NCBI GenBank assembly: GCA_002633005.1
Contig: NMRA01000390.1
Location: 215,171-279,170 of the forward strand
DNA length: 64,000 nt
Direction of reading: 5' to 3'
From: Phoronis australis
Lineage: Eukaryota > Animalia > Phoronida
The notes under the pieces were generated by a model, which had not been told where the DNA came from, searched no databases, and saw nothing but the letters and a program-made list of their open reading frames with translations. The translations under genes were made by a program, and so were the position numbers. Below are positions 12,665 through 25,138 of the stretch, in pieces (position 1 is the first letter of the stretch; each line of letters starts with the position of its first letter).

Positions 12665-12803
12665 AGTCTCTTCATTTCCTTCAGTCGTTGGAGTTGTTCT
12701 TCTTGTGCTCTCACCTCTTCCTCATTCTGGACATACTTGGACACTTGAATGTCTGTGCGCACTGTACGCCGTGTCTTTCTGTTCCAGCCAAAATGCTCGT
12801 TAT
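12665..12803 (-). CDS. CCDC50: CCDC50-like exon 3
   Basis: AG/GTGAGT flanks; (Y)NEHFGWNRKTRRTVRTDIQVSKYVQNEEEVRAQEEQLQRLKEMKR(L), comparable to the vertebrate CCDC50 N-terminal domain ([27 protein letters not shown]). Confidence 0.9.
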
Positions 12804-13207
12804 CTGAAACATTAATTGTTAACATAAATGCACAGGCAAAATTTTGAAGCTGTTCAGAGAAATGGCAACTTCATTAAAAACAACTTATACAGCCTTTCAT
12901 TAAGCACATGGCATAAACTCGCTAAGCTCAATGTGACTTGAGGCATTCAGCTGATTATTTTAACAACTTACTCAGTAAGAAAGAATAGAATGAAAAAGCA
13001 CAACTCTTGGCAAGGTACATCTTACACAATACAACTCTTAGCAAGGTATATCTTACATAACTTTTGGATGACCTTTCCAAAACATGCTTATGTCTCACTT
13101 CTGTATTAGTTTTTAAAGTCATCAAAATATCAAGTCAAATATTGTAAATTATTGAAAAACCCCCTTGCATCTTGCCTTCCAACTACTCGCCACTAACCGT
13201 ACTGATG

Positions 13208-13760
13208 ATTCCCACAAGTTGTTTATACATACATTCCCACAAGTTGTTTATACATACATTCCCACAAGTTGTTTATACATACATTACCACAAGTTGTTTA
13301 TACATACATTACCACAAGTTGTTTATACATACATTACCACAAGTTGTTTATACATACATTACCACAAGTTGTTTATACATACATTACCACAAGTTGTTTA
13401 TACATACATTACCACAAGTTGTTTATACATACATTACCACAAGTTGTTTATACATACATTACCACAAGTTGTTTATACATACATTACCACAAGTTGTTTA
13501 TACATACATTACCACAAGTTGTTTATACATACATTACCACAAGTTGTTTATACATACATTACCACAAGTTGTTTATACATACATTACCACAAGTTGTTTA
13601 TACATACATTACCACAAGTTGTTTATACATACATTACCACAAGTTGTTTATACATACATTCCCACAAGTTGTTTATACATACATTACCACAAGTTGTTTA
13701 TACATACATTACCACAAGTTGTTTATACATACATTACCACAAGTTGTTTATACATACATT
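13208..13760. repeat. 25-bp minisatellite, ~22 near-identical copies, running into the gap
   Basis: Unit ATTACCACAAGTTGTTTATACATAC. Confidence 0.97.
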
Positions 13761-14153
13761 NNNNNNNNNNNNNNNNNNNNNNNNNNNNNNNNNNNNNNNN
13801 NNNNNNNNNNNNNNNNNNNNNNNNNNNNNNNNNNNNNNNNNNNNNNNNNNNNNNNNNNNNNNNNNNNNNNNNNNNNNNNNNNNNNNNNNNNNNNNNNNNN
13901 NNNNNNNNNNNNNNNNNNNNNNNNNNNNNNNNNNNNNNNNNNNNNNNNNNNNNNNNNNNNNNNNNNNNNNNNNNNNNNNNNNNNNNNNNNNNNNNNNNNN
14001 NNNNNNNNNNNNNNNNNNNNNNNNNNNNNNNNNNNNNNNNNNNNNNNNNNNNNNNNNNNNNNNNNNNNNNNNNNNNNNNNNNNNNNNNNNNNNNNNNNNN
14101 NNNNNNNNNNNNNNNNNNNNNNNNNNNNNNNNNNNNNNNNNNNNNNNNNNNNN
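13761..14153. other. Assembly gap (393 N)
   Basis: Run of N. Confidence 1.
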
Positions 14154-14409
14154 TACTTTGCAAAATGGAAAGGCATGGTCATTGTCTCCTCAATAGGCTA
14201 GGGGCAAAATGTGAGTAATCTTCATAATACAAGCACATCCTATACACCAGTTGCTTAAAGCACCACAGAAACATAGAATTAAAAACAAATTTACCAACAT
14301 ACGAGATTAGCACAGCATTAGAATGCCAGAAACAAATTTCTACTTGGAACTTTTCCTTCATAGTCACGAAGTAACACAAAGTACACACCTGAAGAAAATA
14401 CAGAGGTCA

Positions 14410-15566
14410 ATGTAAAATACTAAAATTGCCACTAGAGGCAAATACTAAAATTGCCACTAGAGGAATACCGGTAGTCAGAATCATCCTAAAGTCGTCATCG
14501 TCCATTGTCAACATCACATAAATACACTTGCTAAATTTAGTAAAGATCCTGCAAACGGTTTGGGAGATACAGCCATGGGCGCAAAAAAAAAACTACCACT
14601 AGGAGGCGCCACAGTAGTCCAATCATCTGAAAATCATTGTCAGCTGTCTTCCTTATAGTAAGCACATACAGGCCAATTTTCACAATCATCCTTTGAGCGG
14701 TTTGGTTGATAGAGGGGTGGACGCAAAAATACAGACTCGAAAACAGTAAAAATGGCCACTAGGTGGCGCAAACTATGTCGAATCCATCTGAAAACAAGAG
14801 GATAGCGTCAATTCACTAATAGGTGCCTACATACCAAATTTCATGAAAATCCGTTAAGGACTTTCGAAGATACAAAGGTAAGCGTAAAAAACTAAAATTG
14901 CCACCAGGGGGCACACCGGTAGTCGGATCCGTCCAAAAGTCGTCATCTTCGGTTGTTAACATCATATAAATATACTTACACAATTTCGTAAAGATCCTGC
15001 GAACGGTTTAGGAGATACAGCCATAGGCGCAAAAAAACAAAACTGCCACTAGGAGGTGCCACAGTAGTCGAAATCGTCGTAAAATCATCGTCAACCGTCC
15101 TCTACATAGTAAGCACATACATGCCAATTTTCACAATCATCCTTTGAGTGGTTTGGTTGATAGAGGGGTGGACGCACAAAAACAGACTCGAAAACACTAA
15201 AAATGGCAACTAGGTGGCGCAAACTATGTTGAATCCATCTGAAAATGGGAGGATAGCGTCATCTCACTAACAGGTGCCTACATACCAAATTTCATGAAAA
15301 TCCCATAAGGACTTGTGAAGATACAAAGGTAAGCGTAAAAAACTAAAATTGCCACTAGGGGGCACACCGGTAGTCGGATCCATCTGAAAGTTCGCACATG
15401 CCGTCCCATTCATAAATGGAACCTATGTGCCAAATTTCATGAACGTATGTCAAAGGGTTTTGGAGATAGAGCAGCGGACGCCTAATGCCAGACGCCGGAC
15501 GGACGGACGGACGGACAGAGATGACGGCATAATGCGTCCACATATAAATATGTGGGCGCATAAAAA
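14410..15566 (-). mobile_element. HINE/DINE-1-like element, copy B, with 3 x ~150-bp higher-order repeat (period ~451 bp)
   Basis: (GGAC)n at ~15497-15516, subterminal palindrome TGCGTCCACATATAAATATGTGGGCGCA, terminal AAAAA; AGGTGGCGC recurs at 14761 and 15212. Confidence 0.8.
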
Positions 15567-15879
15567 TTAATGTCGTCACAATACTAACATTTCTGGTCTC
15601 GGTGAAAGTGCATACTTCATATAATTTTCAAATTTTCCTCAACACATCCATATTTGTAATATCTTGACCTACAAAATGGCTCAGTTTGATAGCAATGCAC
15701 CACAGTTTTGTAGAAAGCCTGTCATAGGTTACAGATACGTCACAGCACGTAAATTTGATGAATCCGAGCTTCCGATGTCACCTGTTTCAGAGACAGGATT
15801 TCAGTCGTGTACTTGTCAGTTGGAATATATTTGCCAATTTTCATCATAATCCTATGAGCCGTACGGTGGATATATAAGT

Positions 15880-16577
15880 AAACAGCAAAAACAGACAAAA
15901 TAATTAAAGTGGCCACTAGATGGCGCAGAATATGCTGCATTCATTGCAAAACAGAAAGGTGCCATTGTTATCATCATAGAACCTTTTTTGCCAAAAGCAA
16001 CGCAGAGCATTGAAATGCACCCAAGAATGCATCGCAAATGGTGTGCTTTGAGGGTTTATTTGTATCATAAAAATGGCCACTAGATGGTGCAAAAATGTAC
16101 AATCCATCCAAAAACGAGAACATGTCATTGCTTCATTAATAGAAAACTATTCACCATATTTCATAAAAATCTGTCAAGGAACTTCAGAGACATGAAGGAA
16201 AACAATAAAATAAAATTGCTACTAGGGTATATAGCATTCGTTGGATGCGCCTAAAAGTCATCTTCATCTGTTGTTATCTCCATATACTTAAGAGCAACGC
16301 GGAGCATTGAAATGCGCCCACGAATGCATTGCAAATGGCGTGCTTTTAGGGTTATTTATTTGTATCATAGAAATGGCCACTAGATGACGCAAAAAATACA
16401 ATCATCCAAAAACAGGAACATGCCATATTTCATAAAAATCTGTCAAGGAACTTCAGAGAAACAAAGGGAAACAGAATAAAATGAAATTGCCACTAGTGGG
16501 CACAGTGTCCGTTGGACCCACCTGAAAGTCGTCATCGTCTGTTGTTATCTTCATATAAATACAATTACTAAATTTAA
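15880..16577 (-). repeat. Older, degenerate HINE-type repeat units
   Basis: TGGCCACTAGATGGCGC-type motifs near 15910, 16074, 16374 and 16487; ~300-bp internal duplication. Confidence 0.6.
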
Positions 16578-18100
16578 AGGAGAATGCCACCCAAAAAACA
16601 ACTTATTTTGTATCAAATTAGATCGAGTAGTTCTACTCGATAACTGCACGTTCGGTTGCGTTACCTGACACCTGATGGCAGACGAAGGTGTATAAATTTA
16701 GCAATGACGTCATTGGTTTCACACGCAGTCTGTTCAGCAGTTCAAAACACGGGTAATATTGTTTTATTTCTTTGTTATGGATTTATTGGTATTTGGACAC
16801 ACCCCGTAGCCTACGAAGTTCGGCAGGCCAATTTAGAAGGGTCCGCAGCAGGAGTTTGGGGTCTGTTTGGAGATAAATTCTTCAGTTAAATACAGACAAG
16901 AGAACCTGTGTTGTTTAGACTTGTAATTTTTTGAGTTCTAAACACACAAAACGCTTGTTATCCCGGCCAGTGGCTCGGAACCCGATCAGGCCCGTCGCGG
17001 CCGGACTGACTCGTTATCCTGGCCAGTGGCTTGGAACCCGATCAGGCCCGTCGCGGAAGCCGGGACTGGCACGAACATAAACCAGCTTGAGTTGGAAACT
17101 AAACCTCCAGTCACGAAAAGACTATAATAGTCAGTGCTGTAATGGTAAAAGTAGAGGTAAGTAGGTGCCGAAAGCCCACCGTTTCACCTTGAGCACTGAC
17201 TTACAGTGCGTATGTGCTACGTTCAAATGCCAAAAGGTGGTTGGCTGCGCCTGCGTGTGCCTACGCTCCACTACAACACTGATAACAGTGAGCCAAAGAA
17301 ATAATGTGCACTTCTAATTATTTACGTGAATGAGCCACGAAACTGAATTGTCGGTGGCCGCGAAGTCGAAATCCCTTCCACAGACTGTCGGGGCAAAGGT
17401 TGTACGCTAACATTGATTTGAGTAATGCATTTGTATTTCTAAATAAAAATTCCCCTTACATGTGACCACACCATATAAAATCGAGTAATTGTTTTACAAC
17501 AGCTTCTGTCACAAATACTGAATTAGCATGTGCTCACACGGCCTCGGTGCCCGGTCAATTACGTTTATTCATTCCCGGCATCAAAAGCCCGTAACGCAGT
17601 AGTTTCATTGATGGCTTATCAACATTTGCACTCATGAATACTGCAAAGGCATTACAAATTGTATCTAATGAGACAGACTTTGTTTCAGTTTTATAAAAGC
17701 ATTGGTTAGGATGAGAATAATTCATTTTGAAACAGAATGCACAAAATACATGGCAACTCGTACGGCACCAATCCCGACTTAGTCAAGAGCTCATCTGAAG
17801 AAGACTTCACTGGTCGGATTGTTAGGTTTCACAGGCTATCAGTTCGAACCGGAATACACTGTTCAAGAAATACTATAGAGGCGCCGTGAACATGCACAGA
17901 CAACGGAACGTATGGATAGTTCTTTGGTAAGCCGGAATTCTTCAGAGAACTCATTGTCAACGAAATGTCAGCCACAGACACGGAGATGTTTCACAGCCTC
18001 ATACTTGCTATTAACAGCGTGCCTTTCATTCTTCACTACCGCGAGCCACTTCCAAGCATTTCGGGCTCTCGATGAAGTCGAAAAAACAATATACCCGCGA
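16578..18100. mobile_element. Kolobok copy 2, right end lost, with nested hAT MITE
   Basis: TTAA 16574-16577 then AGGAGAATGCCACCC; colinear with 338-2423; THAP remnant KWLAVVKNERHAVNSKYEAVKHLRVCG on minus. Confidence 0.85.
17132..17281. mobile_element. 150-bp hAT-like MITE nested in Kolobok copy 2
   Basis: CAGTGCTGTAATGG / CCACTACAACACTG termini; 8-bp TSD ATAATAGT / ATAACAGT; absent at the equivalent site of copy 1. Confidence 0.8.
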
Positions 18101-18107
18101 TATACAG

Positions 18108-18615
18108 CGAGAGGAATTGTAGAGCAAGATACTGCCTGCAAGTGTTGAGTGATGAGAGACTGTGACCAGCATGTGGAATTGTGGGTAGAAGATACTACCT
18201 GCAAGTGTTGCGTCACCAGAGACTGTGACCAGCAAGAGGAATTGTGGGTAGAAGATACTACCTGCAAGTGTTGCGTCACCAGAGACTGTGACCAGCAAGA
18301 GGAATTGTGGGTAGAAGATACTACCTGCAAGTGTTGCGTCACAAGAGACTGTGACCAGAAAGAGGAATCGTGGGTAGAAGATACTACCTGCAAGTGTTGC
18401 GTCACCAGAGACTGTGACCAGCAAGAGGAATCATGGGTAGAAGATACTACCTCCAAGTGTTGCGTCACCAGAGACTGTGACCAGCAAGAGGAATCATGGG
18501 TAGAAGATACTACCTCCAAGTGTTGCGTCACCAGAGACTATGACCAGCAAGAGGAATTGTGGGTAGAAGATACTACCTGCAAGTGTTGCGTCACCAGAGA
18601 CTGTAACCAGCAAGT
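18108..18615. repeat. 63-bp minisatellite, ~8 copies
   Basis: Unit GAGACTGTGACCAGCAAGAGGAATTGTGGGTAGAAGATACTACCTGCAAGTGTTGCGTCACCA; starts at 18156 and 18219. Confidence 0.95.
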
Positions 18616-19191
18616 ACACTGTCACAATACAGTGTGTGTAGTTCGAAGATTCATGAACAGGACGTCATCCAACAAGTGGAGAGTCCTACACCTTGGATAG
18701 CAGATAAGACATCTCATTATTTTGATTGATTGATTAAAGTAGTTACTCTTCTTTGTAGTTGATTACTTAATTAACAACAGGATTCACTTATCTAATTAGT
18801 GGTTATCATATAATAAATTAATTAACATATTCACCTTAATAAGTGCCCAGGGCGCTTAGAAAGAATTCGTTTCCAGGGGCACTTATTATAGCCTATCACA
18901 GTTGAAACCCGGTCTCCGAAACGGGTAAAATCAGAAGCTAATATTCATCAAATTTATACACATGTTGTTGTCACGTGAGGTTTGTTTAGAAGTTCGTCTG
19001 CAGGTGTCTGCCAAGTGAGCGAGCGCGTGCATGTCATCAGAGTTTACTTGCCTCAGTAGCAGGACTATGTGAATGTAGTGTGTGCTTCCTGGCCACCACT
19101 GGTCAATTTTTTCACTAGCCTTCGATTCGCGGTTTTCACGTGTACAAAGAAATCTGGATTCCTGCCAAATCTCATAAGTTCCTGTGAGGGT

Positions 19192-19310
19192 TTAGGAGAT
19201 ACTATTGACAATAGACTCTACTACATTGTTGATGTTCTCTTTTAATGAGTTCATAACCATAGGAATGAGTAGACAAGTGTCATCAGCGTACATGAGGACA
19301 TTCATCGGAA
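19192..19310 (-). pseudogene. Small LINE reverse-transcriptase fragment
   Basis: NVLMYADDTCL..L..NINN (YADD catalytic motif). Confidence 0.7.
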
Positions 19311-20357
19311 TCATGGACACCCTGGAATATTGGGAACCCCACTTTGGACACCCTATTTTCAAAATCCTGGATGAAGGCTTGGACAGCCGTAGTCGTATTG
19401 GTTTGAATCTTGTCATTTGTTACCATCTCCATGCTTTTAGGACCATACCTCCAAATTTCACAAAGATTCTCCAATGGGTTAAGGAGATACAGCAAAAAAA
19501 AATTGCCACTAGAAGTCGCCACAGTAGTCCAAAAATCAGCGTCACATCGGGTCTTTTCATCTATTTTCAGAATGATACTTTGAGAGGTTGGACAGATAAA
19601 GAAGCAGCAGTCAAGATTGAGTGTGCAGTTCTAAGCCTTACATTTGGTGCAATTTAGGTACTTCACTAAGGAGTTGTGAAATATCGTTATTAATTTTTCA
19701 ACGACTGCACAGTTCCAGAGCAAAACCGCAGAGACAGTAGGCCTACTTTTGTTGTAAAACTCTCTCAAACATGTTTTACCTCAGATTGAAGACCACTAGT
19801 ACAGTCTGCCAGGCCTGGCAATGCATGCACAGTCCATGGATATACTTAGCCACTCACCCAGTTGTCAATGCGAGTAAAAATTGTGCTGGGCGAATAGAAG
19901 TTCACTTGCCAGTCGCCCAGGTGGCAAGCGAATTTTCAGAGCGCAAAAACACTTCATTTCCCAGATGAAAATCAATAAATTTTCTCTTCTCTGTGCTGTT
20001 TTTTAGGTTAAGTTTGCTCCACGTCCCTATGTCCAGCACTAAAAGACATTGATGTACTGCGTTACTACCGAGTCAGTAGATGTTAACGGTTGCGTCATGT
20101 CTATTGTATGCAAAAGGTCACGGTGTGTGGTCGTGCACAAAGGAATTTGTGGACAAGTCCGAAACGAAGAAAAAGGGAGGAAAGGCAGAAGACGGGTCCA
20201 TGTTCTCACAGCAAATGAAATACCATTCTTGGAACTGACATCTCATTCTACAGGGTAATTTTAGCCAAGATTACAATAACATTGAAATCACATATAAAAA
20301 CAATGATTGTCATTATTATTAATATTACCAAAATAAAATATCACAATTATTTAGCTA

Positions 20358-22430
20358 CTCTCGAGTTCCAAATAGTTGTATGTATACGATTATTTTTTCA
20401 GACTCGTTTTCCGGTCTATACGACGCTTATTTGGGTCTCTACGTTTATTAATTTTCTAACCTTTATCCGCTCTCCACGATTATTTGATTCACCAAGTTCT
20501 CAATTTTTGTTTCATTCATTACAAATTTCTTACACAAAACTTAGATGTAGACATCGGGTATCGTACCGTGGTCGTAAAACGTGGAAAGTTCGCTCCTAAT
20601 TCGCTCTAAACCTCTAGACCATGAGACACTCAGTTCAGACTTCGTAATTTAGAAGAGCTATATACGACTCCGCGTTACACACAGAAGTCACATGTCATAT
20701 ACATTAAAAGATTTTATTTGCTAAAATATACAACTGTATATTTCAAAGCATAAATAATCAGACTCCTAAGCAAGGGTTTACGCAGCAGCTGTCTGCTTGA
20801 CGGCCAGAATGTTATTTTGGTTCGATGGGATCGGTCAGAATTAAGAAAGTGTTGGAAAAATCTAAAAAGCTTGAAATGATGGCCACTTCTCTTAATATTA
20901 ACGGCTGGTCGGCAGCCGCTCAAAGATATAAGTCATCAGCAATTTCAGAAAAGATGAATTTAATGCACAAAAAGTGCATTTTTCAATACTCCTCGCACCC
21001 CGTGACACAGAACGGTGTTACCGGCTGCTCAATATACATATCAATAAAAACGCTTTCGACGAGTTTCTTTGGGTGATCCAATATTTATGATTGCACCCTG
21101 TGAAAAACTGGCAAGCCGTAACAACTCTTCACTGTGTCTGTCCCCGAAGTTTGCGTTTCCGGGGGAGTAATTCCGGGAATTTGCACAGTCAGTGTCATCT
21201 GCGGTTTCCATCATTATTGACATGCACATTCTGCATACTTAATCATGTCGTCTGCCGTGAAAAGGCCTAAAAGAATTCGAGGATTATTTTACAAACCGAG
21301 AGATGTTCCAGATACAGACATTGATTCAGATGCTGGTACGACAAATAATCCAGCTACAGATACGGACCGTGGTGATAACGCGGCAAGTCAATGAAGTGCA
21401 AATACCCGTGCAGTTAATGAACGGTGCTGAACCTTTCAATCAACCTAGGAACCAGGTTCCTTGTAGAATCAACAAAGTACCAGCAAGTTGCCGACATCGT
21501 CATCGGACATCAGCATTTTTACAATTCACTCCAAACTTGAGAATAGATTGTTTTTATGAACAGGAAGAATGGACTTGTGACAATCTTGAAAATGACATAG
21601 TTGCTAACGTTCGACAATCCAGTCGATATCTATTGGAATTGACTTCTACTTGCTCTCCCGTCCAAATAAATGGAAAAGCGCACGTGAATCGGTTTGTTTA
21701 TTATACCTATTAATTAGATATTCAAGATGGTGGACGTAGTTGTGGTCGTGGATTCGAATGTTGGGCAATTCTACAACAAATCTCAATTTCTGGTTGTGTA
21801 AAATTTCGGCTGTACCGACTTTTTGACGTCGAATTCTGACTAACATTACGAGGGTATTGACTATGAACGTTGGGCAAGACATGAGACTGAGAGAAACAAA
21901 AGCTCGACTGTCAGGAACATGAATGATAAAAGTGCGACTCGTTTTACCAAGACACTTTGTCTTTATTCAGACTGTTGGCTTCGTGGAAGACTGGACGTTG
22001 CTGCTGAAATCTTTACCTTCTTGTTATAATTTTTGGACTTAGTCGACATAAGCATCTCTAGTATGAATGTCACATAATTATATTTTTAATTTTCCACAAA
22101 TTTCCCGTCTATACCATTATTCCTTAGAATTTGCTGTTTTGCATTATTCCTTCTATATCATTATTAGATTTTACCTAAATTTGTAATCAATATTATTATT
22201 CCAGTCTATACTATGTTTAAATTTCCACAAATTTGCCTCTATACCATTCTATACTATTATTAATTTTTTTTCGACAAATTTCCGGTCTATACTATTATTA
22301 TTCTACTTTTTTCTAGTGGCAAAAATGTTGGGTCTACACTATTATTAGAGTCTCTACTCTTATTACAAATCACGAAATTTTCCAGTCTATACTAATATTG
22401 CTGTCTCTACTACTCTTCGGAACTCCAGAG
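20358..22430. mobile_element. ~2.1-kb TA-flanked TIR element (Tc1/mariner/pogo-type non-autonomous)
   Basis: TA|CTCTCGAGTTCCAAATAGT ... ACTCTTCGGAACTCCAGAG|TA; subterminal TCTATACYATTATT repeats at ~22105-22400 and a related motif near the left end. Confidence 0.65.
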
Positions 22431-22891
22431 TATATTGATAGTATAGACTGAGTCTATTTGGTGTGGCCATATGATTTCCAGGTGCAAGGGCTTTTCTTCG
22501 TATTTTGCTCCAGCCGTATAATTTAGCTGTACAGTACACCACAATGTTACTCGGTGTGGCCAATACCAAGGCAATTATTATTATTCCCATCCCTTAAAAA
22601 CTGTTCTAGTTCACACAGTAGGTAAAATCATGATACGCACGTTGACTATTGCACGACTGGTGCACGTGCTATCATCCTGAGTGTTCTCATTTTCATTTGT
22701 CAAGCAGAACAATGTGATGTTTTTATAGGAAGTCTGTCCTTCTAACTAAACTACAACGGAAAAAAGAAACCATCACGCAGATTATGAGGAAAATAAGACC
22801 AGGCAAAAAGGACGACACTTCAAGACACAGAAGACGGCATGCACTTTTAATTAAAATGAAGTTAGTGTGTTGGATGACTTATTGTTTTGCG

Positions 22892-23594
22892 TAGCCAGCC
22901 AGCCAGCTAGCTGTATGAAGACTATTGTCAAAACATAGCCTTACTTGGTACTACTGAGACAGTATGTTGAGGTCCATCAGACCTCGAAAGTGCACACAGC
23001 CATGGTAGTTCTGCTCGTCACCTCGACGTGAAACTAGTACCAACATGTAGAGCTAAAGGCCGGCGAGGGTGCATGCAAAATTTGTGAGTCAACCAACACT
23101 CACCTTGCCCGTTACAGCAGTTTAAGAGAAGAGCAATCTAATAGACGTCATTTTCTTGTGTGATTTTCCGCCTTTTGTAACAAAAAAAACTATTTCATTG
23201 TTTTGAAAACAGTAAGCTCGTGACACACACACGCGCCATTTCCTAAAGTTTTGTGACATCTCTCGGGAGATGATAACAGCTTCAAACCAGTAAAATTTGT
23301 TACTGGTATTAAAACATAATGAAGTGAAACAAATTGCGATAATTTGTTGTGACGTGTACGCAACTTCATAATATTTCATGGCGCCAAAAACCAAAGCAAA
23401 AGACCGTGCCGCAATTTTAGCAGCAGAATAACAGTAGAACGCCATTTTTTTTTCAAGAACGGTAAATAGTTTAGTGTACTGAAGGAAGAGTGTAGTTTTT
23501 AATGACACTAATTTTGTATCAGATTTTATCAGGTCATTTTTGACCCACATGTGCGCGAAGCTGCATATTAGTATATACCTTTGTGCCAAGGCTA
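22892..23594 (-). mobile_element. TAGCC..GGCTA non-autonomous DNA transposon (AcademH-like), copy 1
   Basis: Reverse-complement match to 43563-44254; flanks TGTTTTGCG / CGTCTTGCA form a decayed 9-bp TSD (3 transitions). Confidence 0.7.
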
Positions 23595-23861
23595 CGTCTT
23601 GCATTGCTGGGAATTCATAGACGTCGAAAGTTTCTTGGTAGGAATTCTGCATTTTCTAAACACGATACTAGCCCTAGTAGATGGTGACATCAACGCACGA
23701 AACAATCATTTTTATTGACATTGGCAGCACTTTGTGGTGACCGACGGTAAACGGCTGGGCGACTGAACTTTGTGCTGAGCGAGTAGATTTTCTGACTGGC
23801 TGGGCGACAGGAGTTTTGAAAGCTGTGTATATCCCTGACAGTCCCAGTTACATTTACTTAC

Positions 23862-23924
23862 ACTCCTGTTCTTGGAGTTGATGTGCAATAGCTCCATCTT
23901 CATGGACAAGCCACCTCTTGCAAA
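23862..23924 (-). CDS. CCDC50: CCDC50-like exon 2
   Basis: AG/GTAAGT flanks; (V)CKRWLVHEDGAIAHQLQEQE, matching CCDC50 [21 protein letters not shown]. Confidence 0.92.
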
Positions 23925-24160
23925 CTATAAGTAGAAACCACAAAGTAGTTTTTATAACAACATATTATTTCATACCTTGGAATAATTTTTATTCATCATT
24001 ATTGCATTTCTGAGTGTTTTTTGGCGATTGTAATGTGCAAATTTTACACTATGACAGATACATGAAGCATTTCGGTAAAAAATGCTGTCCTCGCTAAATA
24101 CTAAATAGTACTAAATATTTAGTATTTGTAGCGAGGACAGCTGTCTGGCACACGTCGATC

Positions 24161-24859
24161 AGTCGGATATAATGGACCCTAACTTATTCCAAATAAATCC
24201 ACTAAATGTAGGTCTAAATGAATGATTTTGGTATCATTGCATTCCTCAGACATCTGGCTATCCGTAAAAATTCTTTTCACGAAAATCAATTACTCTAGTC
24301 TATAACTACGCCATTCCAAACTTGGTCCACTTTAGCCACGCGCACCGTGAAATCGGCAGCCATTTCAGGGAACTTACTATATCTAGCGCCATCTATCGAC
24401 AATTTGCTACAATACGTGCTGTTCCTTTTTCATCAGTCAACACGGACGACAATAACATGACGATGACAGATACGATCGTCATCGTGAGAGAGACGACGAA
24501 GGTGATGACGAGAGCAGACGTATGATGTCTGATGATTAATAACGATGACGTTAATAATTGACGAAATCGACCAATGACGTTGACTGATGAAAAAGGAACA
24601 GCGCGTGTTGTATCAAATTGCCGATAGATGGCGCTAGATAAAGTAAGTTCCCTGAAAAGGCTGCCGATTTCACGATGCGCATGGCTAAAGTGGACTGAGT
24701 TCGGAATAGCGTAGTTATAGACTAGAGTAATTGAGGGTCATGAAAATGATTACTACGGATAGCCAGATGTCTGAGGAATGCAACGATACCAAAATCATTC
24801 ATTTAGACCAACATTGAGTGGATTTATTTGGAATAAGTTAGGGTCCATTATATCCGACT
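24161..24859. mobile_element. Fold-back MITE with ~280-bp inverted arms in CCDC50 intron 1
   Basis: Arms 24161-24441 and 24579-24859 are near-perfect reverse complements (AGTCGGATATAATGGACCC / GGGTCCATTATATCCGACT); GAC/GAT-rich spacer. Confidence 0.9.
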
Positions 24860-25029
24860 AGTGCCAACGTTCGTGCGTCAAATTAGTTTTGCGCTTGCAT
24901 CACATCAGGATGCTAAGCGTTGAGCCCTAAAAATTCGCTGCCTATATTACAATAATGTTCCAACATCCCTGCCACCTGGGTTAGTGGACCCGAACTAGTT
25001 CTATGACTAGTATTAGACTTTCGTCTCAC

Positions 25030-25138
25030 CATTTTCAACTCGCCCATCCTCCGGTAGACTTTCAGGGTCGGGGTTGTCTCTAGACACTCCTCGAGTAATT
25101 TTCACTCTTCCACCGGCTGCCTCGTCTACCTGGGCCAT
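25030..25138 (-). CDS. CCDC50: CCDC50-like exon 1 (start codon)
   Basis: ATG at 25138-25136, GTGAG donor; MAQVDEAAGGRVKITRGVSRDNPDPESLPEDGRVEN(V); phase 1 joins exon 2. Confidence 0.82.

Noticed and set aside
13165-14218. Long ORFs of 310-348 aa in the ORF track
   Set aside because: Artefacts of a stop-free 25-bp minisatellite plus an N gap.
23122-23652. 176-aa ORF with a similar ORF at 43680-44169, suggesting a gene family
   Set aside because: Both lie within copies of one non-autonomous transposon, frames differ between copies, and no domain is recognisable.
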